Made by a program: the position numbers and the translations under genes. 64,000 bases of DNA, taken from positions 1 to 64,000 of the forward strand of contig CDMY01000244.1 of the NCBI GenBank assembly GCA_001179505.1, in the 5' to 3' direction. Below are positions 11,679 to 24,400 of the stretch, piece after piece; within the stretch, counting starts at the first letter, position 1, and each line of letters starts with the position of its first letter. The stretch is from Vitrella brassicaformis CCMP3155. Taxonomy: Eukaryota > Protista > Chromerida. The notes under the pieces were generated by a model, which was given only the letters and a program-made list of their open reading frames with translations, was not told the origin of the DNA and did no database searches.

Positions 11679-14600
11679 ATGGTTCCGTCGCTCAAGCATG
11701 AGATCTTCGCCTTCAGCAAGCAACTCAAGACCACGCACTCTGTCGGCGGTCTTCTGGCCATGCTCAGCAGATCCAAGCCCCCCATTTCGTCCTTCGATGC
11801 GCATGCTCTTTCTATGACACTCAGCAAGGCGGCCTTCCTCTGCAATGGCAACGCATCCGCTGTCCGCCTGATGCAGCCATTCATGGACAACCTCAAGCAA
11901 CGGACGGCACAAGTCATCTGCCATGCAGATGCACCCACGGACTCAACATCAACGTCGCCTCTCAACCGGGTTGATACGGCTTTCCTCACGAGCGTCGTGT
12001 GGGCGCTCAGTAAGCTGGACCAACTCCATGCCGAAGACCCGCTGACCCAGCAGCTGGCTTCATTGATTGAGGAGCGCCTCGCGTCGGGTGGCGAGACGAT
12101 TGAGTCGCGGAATATCAGTAATGTGGTGTACGCATTCGGCCGAGCGCGGATCTGCCCGTCAAGGCTGTTCGATTCGTGCGCCAGGAGGATGGAGGGGCAG
12201 CTGGCGACCTTTACAGCTCAGGGGCTGGCCAACACGGTATGGGGCTTTGCGAGACTCAAGTATTCATCCGACGCAGTGCAGGGTCTGCTGCATGCCGTCG
12301 TGGAGAGGCTGGAGTGGCTGCCCACAAAGGCAATCGAGGAGTTCACGCCGCAGAACCTATCAAACATCGCGTGGGGGCTGGCGGTGCTCAACTACAACGA
12401 CAAAGGTCATCGCTTCATCTGCATCATATCCGCCTTGATGCTGCCCAAGCTGTCCATCTTTTCGCCGCAGCACATGTGCAACTTGCTGTGGGGCATCGTG
12501 ACGCTCGGCGCTGGGAACACGGCGGACGAGCCGTATCTGAGTGAGGAACTGGCCACTGTCGTTGCCATTGCGGAGGAGGCCCGCTACCAGCTGAACCATT
12601 TCCACGAACAGCACCTCGGCAACATCATCTGGGGCGTATCGACCTTCCTCAGCAACCTGTCAGCCACACTTTATCTCTCACCGGACGGCAAGGCGCCCTT
12701 CACCGAGTCGATTGAGCAGCTGGTGTCGTTTCTGCGTGTTGGCCGTGACGAGGTGCTGCGTCGGGCTCCTGCGGCCTTTCCGACCATCAGTCTGCACGCC
12801 ACGGCCATTTCTCTCGCCAGACCGCCATTCAAAAGGCTCTTAGGGCAACCAGATGAGGTCGACTATCACGTTTTGCAGCTCGTGGCTGAAGGCTTCATGA
12901 AGCGAGAGGAACACGCGTCAATTGAGGAGCGGGTATCTGACATCGTTGCCGCAGCAGAGAGCCCAAGAGAGGCCGAGGAGCACCCTGCTGTGTTGCGCGA
13001 GACGGCACACGCGTTGGTCGTGTACAAGCCACCTTACTGGAGTGCTAATCCACCCTTTCTCGACCCAGTTGACGAGCAGCTGACCAGCGTCGAGGGGCAG
13101 AATCATGTCGCGAGGGTCTCTGGCGAGACCCAGCAAACGGTGGGGGAGGGGGAGGGTGAGGGTAATGTGGTGGACAGCGACGAGCCGCCAGCGAGGTCCA
13201 GAGGAGGTCGTCTGCATTTGTATCTTCGCGACACGATGCCCCACCTGCATGCCTCGCTGTGGAACCCGCGCATCCAGTGTGGCTTCCTCAATCGATTGGA
13301 CCAAGAAGTGTCGGGTAGGCTAGACGCAGGCAGATAGCAGCTGATGTGCTCAACACGTGTGTGTGCACATTTGTGTGTTCAGGTCCAGTGTTGATTGCCA
13401 ATGGCGGCCTGGCATGGGAAATGCTCAGACTGACATTCGACGCGCGACTCGTCAAGAGGTACAGACACACACGTTCATCACATCAAGCCAAGCTGCACTC
13501 ATTTCTGTGTTGCATGAAATGAATGCAGGGAGTATGTGGCACTGTGTCACGGTAAGGCCCCTCTCGGCCCTCTCCCCCTTATCACTGCCCCGCTGCGGTC
13601 CGAGCAATTGAGAGGGCCTAAAGGGGGCACCCAAAACATCACGTCAGTGTCTGCCCAGGGGGACCATGCAGTCACGCAGGCCGAGTGCACCGGGCACTTC
13701 TGCAGGCTGCCCGGTGTGTCTGGCGATGACGCTGTTGCTGTCATGAGCCTCATGCGCGTCAAGATATGGACAGGTGAGTGAGTCAGTGGGACACATGGAA
13801 TGAATGCCTCACTGGAATGCGGGCATCAAGCGCCCGTCCTTCTGTTTTGTGCAGGTCGCACCCACCAGATAAGGGTGCATCTGCGGCACATTGGCCATCC
13901 CATTGTGTGCGATAACAAGTATCTGGAGCCAGACAGATGCGCCAAAGACCAACAGTGGTGAGTACGTAAGGCAACACAGACATCTACCTGTATATCGCCG
14001 CACTCTCATTTGCCCGCCTCTCTGTCTGTCTGTCTGTCTGTCTGTCTGTGCCATGTACATGTATCTGTCACAGGTGTCCGCGCATCTTTCTGCACGCCGA
14101 GAGGCTGTCTTACGTCGACCTGACCAAGCTGATCGATGCAGAGAGAGGCGGGCAGGGCGATGCTGTGTTGGCCTCAGCCGAGAGGATGTCAGAGTTCTGT
14201 GGGGACCCACACAACACCGTCGATCTGTCCTGTCCGCTGTCTAAGGACCTCCAAGACGTGCTGGACAAGCTGCAGAGAGCTGTGTGTGAGTGACGGCATG
14301 TAGGGGAGCCGGGCGGCCGGGAGCCCACTGCCATGGTGTAGATGAGTATTGCATGTGTGTGGGTGGGTGGAATTCTTGTCCATATGCTCATCAACGTGGG
14401 GCACGTCAGCAAACTTGGCCGGATCCTGGCTCTTCTCCGGAAACCCTTCAAACCCGGCTTGCGCTTTCAAGGGCGTCAATGACCCCCAGACCCCGCCGGG
14501 CACCGGCGACACATCGCTGTATCGTGAGGACAAGACAGTGATGGTGGCGATATACATGGGCGAGATCGCCAACAGGTATGTATGTATCTATGGAAGGCAG

Positions 14601-14977
14601 ACAGACAGGCAGACAGACAGACAGAGACACGAGAACGGTCTGTCGGATGGGGTGGGTGCTGTGCTGTGTGCAGGCGCTTGGCTGACCTTCCCATGCCCTC
14701 CCGCGTCCGCAAGCTGACAGGACAGAGGTGGACGCTCCATGACTGCGCGCGAGGCTCTGACGCGAGATGGCTTGTGGACCGACATCTACCGACACCCAAG
14801 CGCGACAGTTGCTTAAGCCAGTCTACGGCAGAAGGGCATGGCACTGGGAGTGGCCAAGGTGGACTTCCAGCCGCACTAAGTGGCGGCAGGCACGGCACAA
14901 CCAGCCAGCCCAGCCGACACACAAAAGGCGGCCACCCAGTAGATGAATGCATGCATGTGTGCATGTCATGTGGGTGA
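11679..14977 (+). CDS. Helical-repeat (HPR/OPR/FASTK-like) RNA-binding region fused to an RluA-family pseudouridine synthase
   Basis: Repeats SRNISNVVYAF, AQGLANTVWGF, PQNLSNIAWGL, PQHMCNLLWGI, EQHLGNIIWGV at 37-47 aa spacing. RluA motifs LVVYKPPYW, GFLNRLDQEVSG (catalytic Asp), EYVALCHG, TGRTHQIRVHLRHIGHPIVCDNKY, RIFLHAERL. The gene stops at 14293 or continues through in-phase intron 14286-14409 into exons 14410-14575 and ~14672-14977; start and end are uncertain. Confidence 0.85.
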
Positions 14978-15237
14978 CGTGATGAAGTAGCTGTGGGGCG
15001 ACAGGAGGGAGGCGGGTAATCGATCAATGATCCATGGATGGCATGAATGGAATATATTGAACATCTATGTACATTGATTGAGCCGAAAGTCACAGACAGA
15101 CGTTCGAGCACCGACCGACACAGATAGATAGATGGAATCGACGTGCGTACAAAGCGTACAAATCCAACAACACACATACGCACCGCATGGATGCATGGAT
15201 CCTTCTACCTAGCTAGTCCCAATACGCTCTCCGAAAC

Positions 15238-17527
15238 TCACTCCTGCGACAAATCGCCAGCCGGGACATAGCCCAGTTGTGCCTGTATGGCACGTCCACC
15301 CCCCCACCCACCTCTGTGTAGGCACTCTGCTCGCGCTCGACTCACAGGTCTCCGCGCCAGTCGGGTGCTGTCTGCAAAAGTGTCCTCGCGACGCATCCAC
15401 ACTCTTGCCTGCATCCATGGCCACACACAAGACGCAGAGAGAGGCTGAAGGGCTGCTCCTCCCCCCCACCCACCACCTACCCAGGAGCCCCCTATCGTGC
15501 TGGATTGCCCGTGTGAACACCGACTCCCCCGTGCCGATGAAGGTGTGTGCCCGTGCAGCGATCCACTGCTCCACGATGGCGTTGTAGCCAGGGTGGCCCA
15601 GGTCGGTCTCGAAGAAGACCATACTGCCCGCCGGCATCAGCTGACGCAGTTCCACCCTCTCGTCAGCCGTCGCATCCGTACACACAAATGTCTGATCGAA
15701 TGAATCAACACACGTACGTAGAGGAGAGAGGTGTAAGTGACAGCTTGTGTGAAGCGCGTGACGTGATACCTTGGTGACGTTTGTGGTCGCCATCAGCGCC
15801 TTGAGCCGCCGAGCCTGATGGACGGACGATGCACACCGCCCGTGCACATCAACAGATAAAGGGATGGATGCTCCCTGTCCAGTCACCCACCACGTCGGGC
15901 AGAGGCGGAGCGAACTCGGCACGATATCGCGCAAAGTCGCCCCGACGCACATGGGCCGCGAGATACCCCCCAGGTGGCAGGTTGGCAGCGATAAAGGCAT
16001 CACCCAGATCACGCCACTTGCTGCACGCAGAGAGGTGATAATCACCTGTCCCTGGGCATTTTGCGATGGCCGTCCACCCACCGGTTGAACAGGAGAACAT
16101 CGTAGAGGTCTGTCTCGACGAGGGTGGGAGGGAAGGGCACCATCAGGTTGTCTGCACGCTGACAAACAAATCCAACACAGTGAGCATCAGCACCCTGGTC
16201 TCGTACGTTTCCACCTTCAGGAGTATGCTACTCGCCTCTGAGAATGCCGGCTCCTCAACGATCGTCTCTGCCACGTCCTCAGCGGTCGGCCCGTGAGCGT
16301 ACAGATAACACCTCTGAATGAACAGACAGACAGAAAGACAAGCAGTAACCGCAAGTCTCTCTCTTTGTCTCTCTGTCTCTCTCACCGCGTCGCGCGCGTT
16401 GACGATGTCACATTTGCCTGAGTAGCCTGCACGCAGCATTCAAAAGGCGCTGGTGAAAAGTGGGCGTGCAGGTTCATCTGGCGGCCGTGCACGACCCACC
16501 GACTTGATGTGGGTGAGAGCATGAAGACTCTCCGTCAGCACAATGGTGACGGTAATTAACAGAGCGGCCACCACCTGACGAATCGCACACAGATAGGCAA
16601 GCCACTGGAATGGACTTTTATGTCGGTGTGTGTGCCCACCTTCACATTTGGTGAAGTCTTGCATCTGCAGTCTGTTCTGGTCCTTGTCGAATGACGCATC
16701 GGGGAAGAAGCCCTTCCATTGGCCCCACAACAGCGTATCGACCTGCACACACAGACACACAGACACACAGACACATATGCTTGATGGCTCTACAGTCTGG
16801 CGAGTGGGTGGTTTGCTCTGACCTCGAGCATCCCGTCATTGGCCGTCTCGATGTATTCGTCCCACTCCATCACCGGCACAACAGACCGCATCACTGCACA
16901 CACACAACAAATCACACAATCGTAATTAAGCCAGCACCCACAGCAGACCTACCTTGCATGTCGAAGAAGGCCCCCCACGGCAACCGCGGGCGGTCGTCAG
17001 TCGGTGCCCTCCAGTGAACCACATGGCACCAGGGCGGCAGCACCAGCACCCACATCTCATGACACGATCGGCCGCCGCCGCACCGCTGCCATGTGTGCTG
17101 GTTGAGCCTATGGACCACCAGAGCGGCACGGTAAAAGACATCCTTCTGCAGCTGCACAAGGGAGGAAAGCACTCATTTCATTCACTGCCTGCACTGCAGA
17201 GGGGTTCTCTCTGCTCTGTCTGCCTTCCTTGTTACATACATTGAATCCTTCCCCTATCTTGACATCGTACAGCAGGAACCGCAGGGCGCCATGGCACCTC
17301 AACCCGCCAGGCAGCAAGATCCCATTCAGTGCAGCAAGTTGCTCATGATGTGTTTGGTCTTCACGGGGCTCCTTCCTGCGGCCCTTGACGAGCTTGTAGA
17401 GGGCGTCAGCATCGATAAAGAGGCTCCGGCACACCGGAGATGGGTGATCTTCGAAGGCATTGCTTGGCCTTGAGCCCGTACACACGATAAGAATGAGTAG
17501 CAGGGTGTGCACTGCGCGTATTCGCAT
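15238..17527 (-). CDS. POFUT2: GDP-fucose protein O-fucosyltransferase 2
   Basis: Signal/anchor MRIRAVHTLLLILIVCTG. Motifs FLLYDVKIGEGFN|LQKDVFYRAA, WVLVLPPWCHVVHW, YLAAHVRRGDF, FVCTDA, AIVEQWIAARAHTFIGTGESVFTRAI match POFUT2 signatures. Ends AQLGYVPAGDLSQE*. Confidence 0.9.
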
Positions 17528-17656
17528 GAGGCGGTGCAGCGCCAAGATCTGCCATCTGCGAGCTTAGCTGAAAGGATTGCGTTGGTGAAGCGGATCTCGT
17601 GCCACTCACCATCTTCCAGCCCTCGTGATAGCCGCTGCTTCAACACACGCCAAAAC

Positions 17657-19476
17657 ATGCAGCTTTCACGAATGTGTGTTGGCTTTGTCTTCCTTCTGCT
17701 GGTGTGCTTCCCACGATGCAAAGGCGACGTAGGCATACTCACCTTCTACTTCGGTAAGTAAGCAGCACAGGAGCACACCCCTCACTCACCTCATCTTATC
17801 ATTTGATCCCTTCCCTCCACTTCAGGTGAGCTGGAGGCGCTGAATGCGACTTTGTCAAGGTCTTCGGATCTGCAAGTGTATGAGATCGCGGGCAGGAGGT
17901 TCTACAGCGGGCTGCTGGAGGGCCAGAAGATAGTGGCCACACTCACGGGCATCGGCCTGGTCAACGCTGCAATGACCGCAAGTGAGTCGGGTGGGTAGAC
18001 ATGCGAGGCGGGTCAACAGGAATGCTGTGGACACGTACTTATGCACTCTCTGTATGTGGTCTGCGTGCACTGCAGCCATTATGATTCAGCACTTTCCGAC
18101 GCTCGATGTGATCGTGGGCAGTGGAATATCGGGAGGGGTGGACCCGTCCCTGCGAGTGGGCGACGTCATTGTACCAGATTCATGGATCTTCAACGAAATG
18201 GTGTGGATAGACCGCTCAGCCGTATGCACTCGCATCATCTGCATGGCCTCTTGGGCTGTCAGTTCCACTACGCGAAGACTGCCGAGCCATTGCCCAATAA
18301 CACCACCCGAGACCCCTCCCTGGAGGCCGATGCTGACTTCGTGTTGCCCGACTGGCGCCTCTCACTGCCGTGCGTCGACGGGTGCTTCCTCGCCACAAAA
18401 GGTCCCTGCACCCTTACCATACACCCTTATGGATGTATGTATACCCACAGAGGAATGAGTAATCAGCGACTCATTGTCTGCAGGTGTCCCATGTTTGTCG
18501 CCTGGTGTAAACCACACCGCTGGTGTGGGCTACAATGGACCTACTGCTGAGGCCGAGGCCAGCAATGGGTGTGCTGCCGGGGACGTCGGAGGGGGAGGGG
18601 GAAAACAGCACGCGAACTTCGGGAAGGTGGAGAGCAACTACATCCAATCACGAAGCATCCCGCCCCTTTTCGGCGGTCATTGTGCCCGTCAGGATGCGTC
18701 ATTTGATCACGGTGCAGACTGCAGACCTTTACAGCCCATCAGAGGAAGATGACACGATCGAAACTCCCAACCAGGTCCTCGATTTCCCCGTCGATCCCGC
18801 CCTCCTGGAGCTTGCTAAGGGCCTCAACGCCACTGCAGGCCCGAGGCTTGCTGAGCTGAATGGAGGGGATGGTGGGCTGCCGTACCTTCCACACGTGGTG
18901 GTCGGTGGCAGGGGCGCGTCCGCTGACACATTTCTCGATAACGCCGCGTACCGCAAGTGGCAATTTCAGAACCTTGACATCAGGTGGGCGGGACGGGGGC
19001 AAGACGAACGGCGCAAATGGCGCTCATTTCTCGCCGGTTCAGGTCGATTGACATGGAGAGCACGGCGGTTGCGCATGTGGCCTACCAGGGCCAAAAGCCT
19101 TTCATCATATTCCGGAGCCTCTTGGCCGGCGGAGAGGCCGAGGCAGAGACAGAGTCCGAACAGGAGAACCTTCTCGGCGCCTTCTTCGGCGTCGCCGCGG
19201 CCAACGGCGCAGCCGTCATGGAGACTTTCATCAAGCTGCTCTCGGACAATGGCACAATTGTGTCCAACAGCGAACCAGCCGATGCGCCACTGGAGCCGGC
19301 CCCTGCCGGCCACATCCCCAGTGACGTGTTCAATGACGAGGAATTGGAGGAGTTGGTGGGCATCATCACTTTCTACCAGCCTGAGCTGGACGCCGTCATG
19401 TCCTACAACAACGACACAAATTTTACGAGAGTGGGACCGATACAGGTGGGGTGGGGCGGGGCGGGGAGAGAGCCGA

Positions 19477-19507
<31 letters not shown>

Positions 19508-20674
19508 GGCTTGCAGCGCGGCATCACTATGCCGTGTGTGTGTGTGTGTGTGTCTCGCAGGGTCGCATTTTTTATGTTGGCCGTCTGGAGGAGGTCCCTG
19601 TCGTCCTTACACTCAGTGGCGTTGGCCTCACCAACGCTGCACAAGTAAGAATTGGCAAAGACTGCATATCTGCCTGTGGTTGAGTGAACGTCTGTCTGTC
19701 TGCCTGTCTGTGTCAGACGACCCAACTGCTCATCAGCGAGTTTGGCGTCAAGTACATCCTTGGCAGCGGCATCGGTGGGTCGTTGTCGGAGAAGGTCTTC
19801 ATCGGCGATGTTGTCATCCCAGACAGATGGGCTCAATATCAGATGAGCCACCAGGCCAGAGAGGATGCACAAGGCAACTACTCCCTCCCCGAGTGGGCAA
19901 ACAAATGGCTGGTCAGCTCACCAAACAGAAGGATCATATGGCGGGGCAGAGAGTCCTTGGAACACCGGCGTGTCTTGTGTGTCTGGTGTGTGGACGGTGC
20001 AGGTGCGTGCTGGTGGGTCTGAGTGTCTTGTGAATGATACGCTCGTGTGTGAGTTGGCCAACGACACGGCGAATTACTTCTCCGACTTCACTACGCTTAT
20101 TGAGGTGGCAGATCCCGACGCAGCTGACGACACGCGCTACCTCGAGGTGGGCGGCCGCCGGCTCTTCGACATTGAGGTCGACCCCATAATGTTTAGAGTG
20201 GCGGCACAGCTCACCTCCACTGCGCCAGGGTACGGCTCATTCGGCAAGTTCATTGACCTGAATCCCGTTGGCAGGGGGCGGCCTGAGATTCAGCACGGCG
20301 GGAGGGGCCTCGCGGGCAACTCCTTCATCGACAACGCTCACTATCGCACGTAAGTTAAGTGGTCATGTCAGCCACACACGACAGACACACGACACACGGA
20401 GAGGTCGCGTTTCTTGCTACGGCCTAGGTACATGCACGAGACCTTTGAGAGCGACATCGTCGACATGGAGTCGTCGGCCACGGCTGCAGTGGCCCACCAG
20501 AACGCTATTCCGTTCCTGATTGTGAGGTCTGCATCGGACCTCGCGGGCGGTAGTGAGGATGGGGACGACAAGTCGGCCGTCAGCGACCTCATGGAGTTCC
20601 TCGATGTGGCTGCCGACAACAGTGCGATGGTCATTGCTGCGTTCCTGCAGGAGTGGCGGAGGAGAGACGATTGA
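17657..20674 (+). CDS. Secreted protein with two tandem MTA/SAH nucleosidase (PNP_UDP_1; bark-storage-protein-like) domains
   Basis: Signal peptide MQLSRMCVGFVFLLLVCFPRCKG. Domain 1: LTGIGLVNAA, GSGISGGVDPSLRVGDVIVP, FLDNAAYRKW, IDMESTAVAHV. Domain 2: LSGVGLTNAA, GSGIGGSL..FIGDVVIP, FIDNAHYR, VDMESSATAAV, VRSASDLAGG. Confidence 0.85.
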
Positions 20675-21479
20675 TGGATGGATGGATGGATGGTGTGTGA
20701 ACACGTGTGTATGCGTGTGTGTGTGTGTGTGGTGTCCTATTATGTCTACTGCTCTGAGAGCCAGGTGCATTTGGGCATGTGTGGTGGTGAGATGGCGGCT
20801 TTATGCCGTTGAGTGCATTCATGCCTTGGCGCTGCGTTTGGGGTCGAGCTGCAGATGCGAGAGGCCTTTTTGCCGCGCTGCTCGAGTGAGACCACTTTGC
20901 AGATCGGTCGGTCGATCGATCGGTCGGTCGTAGTGTATGTGTGTCGGTGTGTCTTGCGTGTTCCAGAGCCCTTATTGATACATACAGTACAGGGGTGCAT
21001 GTGCACATGCAGATGTGCGGCAGCGTCGTGGACCGTAGTTCCGTTGTGGGCTGCTGCCTAACGATGCTTGCATGTAATGGGCATACTCGTATACCTACCG
21101 ACATCTTGGCCATCAAAATCGCCGCAGGATTGGCCAAGATGCTTGCCACCTTGCCGTGGGTCCACTTTCAAGCGGCACCCCAATCATACAACTGCTGGCC
21201 GGCGCGACCATCGTAACCCAGTGCCAGACCGATTCTGTCTGACGGGTCACTAACCGCCGATCGTTTTCTGAGCGACTGTGGCCTCGCTGCGGCCAGCCAA
21301 GAACACCAGCAAGGTCTCCTCGTCCCGCACGACACGGTGAGGGGTCAATCAAGAAGGAAAATGACAGTCAAACGCACTCAAACTCTCACTCTCTGTCTGC
21401 CTCATATACGTGTGCAGATCTAAGTTAAGTTCTGCAGATCTCTCTGACGTTGGCTGAAGTTTCTTCAGAACGCACAGCC

Positions 21480-24400
21480 ATGAGCGGGACGGCGTGTGTG
21501 AGCCCGTCTGGCATCGGTCCCCTGCAAAATCGGCAGCGCCGCGAGGCTCGCGTGGACAGCGTCATCCCTGTGATGGTGGCGCGCCCAGGGCACTACAGCC
21601 AGGGCACGGTCGTCAAAGCCGTCACCAACCTGCTGCCAGGTCAGCCAACGGCAGAGAAAAACACGTGTGCAGCAAGAGGGCCGGATGTGGTGCGGTGCGG
21701 TTGGTTTCTCTCTTGCCTTGCGTGTGCGCTTCCAGTTCGTGTGACACTGACAGATGACAAGCAGGCGCCCCGTCAGCTCAGTGTCTACTCTATCAAGTGA
21801 GCGAGCGAGCCACACACCACACAGACGAGCACATGCCATGCCACACGTCCGTCCGTCCATGCCGTGCAGGTTCACCCCCGAGCTGCCGGGCAACCTGTCC
21901 CAGCAGACGCGCATCGTGGGCCAGATGAAGGCGGAGCTCATCAACCGCCTCTTCATGGGCCAGCGCACAACACCCATATTCACCGGCATGACCATCCTCA
22001 CCGTGGCACCAACGTGCATCCAAGGCGAACCTGACGAAGCTGTGGAGTTTACGGCTTCGGTCGTGGTGGGGCGTGACCCGGACGGGTGTGAGGTGCGGCG
22101 GGAGTACACAGTGGTCATCGAATGGAAGGCGACATTCCCGCTGGACCCTGCCGGCATCGAGGGGCTGGACAGGAGGTCTCTCGTCAAGGCCAAAATGCAC
22201 AACGCACTGGTGGGTGGGTACAATGGATGTGTGTGTGGTCAATCAAAGCAAAAAGGGTGTGGTGTGGATTGGTATGTTGTGTTGTGTGTATTGATGTGTG
22301 TGTAGTCTCTGTATGTGGACAACGCTGTTCGTCACGCCATCAGGGGCAAAATGAGGACCTGGGCACAATTCCGCGACGCGTTCTACAAGTACAAACAGAG
22401 ACGCTTGGAATGCATGGAACGCATGGAATGGAATGGAATCCATGTGATGTGACTGACACATGCTCAACCAGCCCCCTGTGTTGTGTGTTGTGTGTTGTGT
22501 GTTGTCTATTAGCGTGCATCCGGGCGAGCTGCTGCAAGTGTACAAGCGCTACTCACTCGCCAAGGGCTTCAGGTAGGTCACCCCACGTGGTCTGTTCCGC
22601 GTACTTGATCTTCGTCTGTCTGTGTCGGTGCCGGACCCACCCCCCAATGCACCCACCCGTCCCTCAGCACTGCCACTGTCGACACGGAGCCCCACGGTCC
22701 GCATGTGGCCATTGGTGTGCGGCACCTGCTGCTCGAGGGCCGTGCGGCTGACATCCTCCTCAACATACAAGGCCGCACTCAGGGCACCGGCCAAGACAAA
22801 CAAGACGCTGTCAAGCTGGCCCTTCATGGACGGTCAGTGAGTGGCGGAGGCGGACGGGAGGGGGCTGCGGGATCTGGATGCATGGAGATTGATGGATCAT
22901 CGTTGTTGATGTTTGTGTGCTGCGCTACAGGACGTGTGTGACGCCGATCACTGGCATCAAGTACACGATAGACGACGTTGACTACTTGACCACTCCTGAC
23001 CACACCTTCACGGACAGCAAGGGACAAGTGGTCACCTATAGACAGGTGAGGTGGGCGGGGGGAGAGGATATAGAAAGGGACAAAGGGACACACAACACCT
23101 CCCCTCCCCACTCACCTCACCCCATCGATGATTTGATTTATGTATGTGGCATGCACTGCAGTACTTTCTGGATCGTTATGCTCAGGAGGGCGTCGTAGAC
23201 TATCCGGCCGGCCGTGACTATCCGATGCTGGTGGGTAGGTGGATGCATTTAGCGCTCACATTCACAGATGCAGAGAAAGATCACCAGCCAGCCACACACG
23301 ACATACATACCTGTATGCCTTGTCTTCAGGTGTGCATCCGGCGAGGCAGGGAGGTGCGCATACCGCCGCCCCTAGGTAGGTCCACCCAACCACACCCACA
23401 CACACCCATACACACACACAACGAGACACCGACCGACACAGATGATGGATGCGTCTTGTGTGTGGGTGCAGCCTACATGACGGGCATATCGAAGCGCGAG
23501 GGTCAGGAGCTGAATCAGGTGCGGCAGGAGCTCACCAACAGGACCCGCATGAACGCCGCCCGCCGCGTGGCCGAAACCCAGCAGCGTGTCCAAGCACTCA
23601 TCGGCACCAACAACAGCCCATCCACACAGGCCGCCATTGCCGACAGCGGCATCGAATTCCGCGGCGAGTTCCTTCAAGTGAGCTGAGCTACCTCTGCCCA
23701 GACCACCACCACCACCCAGGGAGACCTCACGAGTCTGTCTGTCTTATGTGGGTGTGCAGGTGGAGGGCCGGGAGCTCAGCAAGGACTTGTTTGCGTCCCG
23801 GATGAGCGTCGGCAACCTCCCCGAGGACGCGTCACCTAGTGACCCGGTGGAGGGCCACCGCATCAGTTCGGCCCTGAAGTTTCGCGTGGACAGCGCGCCC
23901 CAGGCCGTGGTGGAGATCTTCATCGTGCACCAGCAGGGAGAGAAAGAGAAGAAGGAAGTCGATGCCCTCACGACAGCACTCACCACACAGATGAATGAGT
24001 GAGTGAGCGAACGAACGAAACACAACACGTCCCATCCCACCTACTCGTGTGTGTGTGTGTGCGTGTTGGTACAGGTACGGTCTGCGTCACAACGTGACGG
24101 CGCTGCGGGACACTCTGAGGGGAGCGGTGCGACGGGGTGCCTGGCCGTCAGAGTGGGCGGAGTACGTCAAGTACGGCATCCACCAAGTGAGGCTCAAACG
24201 GGACAGACACAGGAACAACCAGCAGCCGGCAGAGTGAGCAAGCTTTGGTTGCAACAGGCAGGGAGGGAGGGAGGGGGGGAAGGAATGACAGAAGGGGAGA
24301 CGAACGATTGATTGTGTGACTGCCATCCGTGTGGCTGGCCGGCAGGTGTTTCATGGTGGTCATCATGCCACTTGGTGTGCATCGGGATGTCTACGGCACG

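Noticed and set aside
14690-14820. In-frame TGA (14715-14717) followed by a plausible ORF (QDRGGRSMTAREALTRDGLW...), suggesting selenocysteine
   Set aside because: The phase of the preceding intron puts the exon in a different frame (RRLADLPMPSR...); no selenoprotein motif or SECIS could be identified.
7930-17527. POFUT2 sitting about 5 kb from a TSR-containing gene as an enzyme-substrate cluster
   Set aside because: None of the three TSRs has the C-x-x-(S/T)-C fucosylation consensus (they read CSKEC, CSAEC, CDVAC), so the proximity is probably coincidental.
20950-21440. Separate small gene between the nucleosidase and PIWI
   Set aside because: Splice-like signals are present (21337 donor, 21417/21436 acceptors) but no convincing ORF; more likely a spliced 5' UTR of the PIWI gene.
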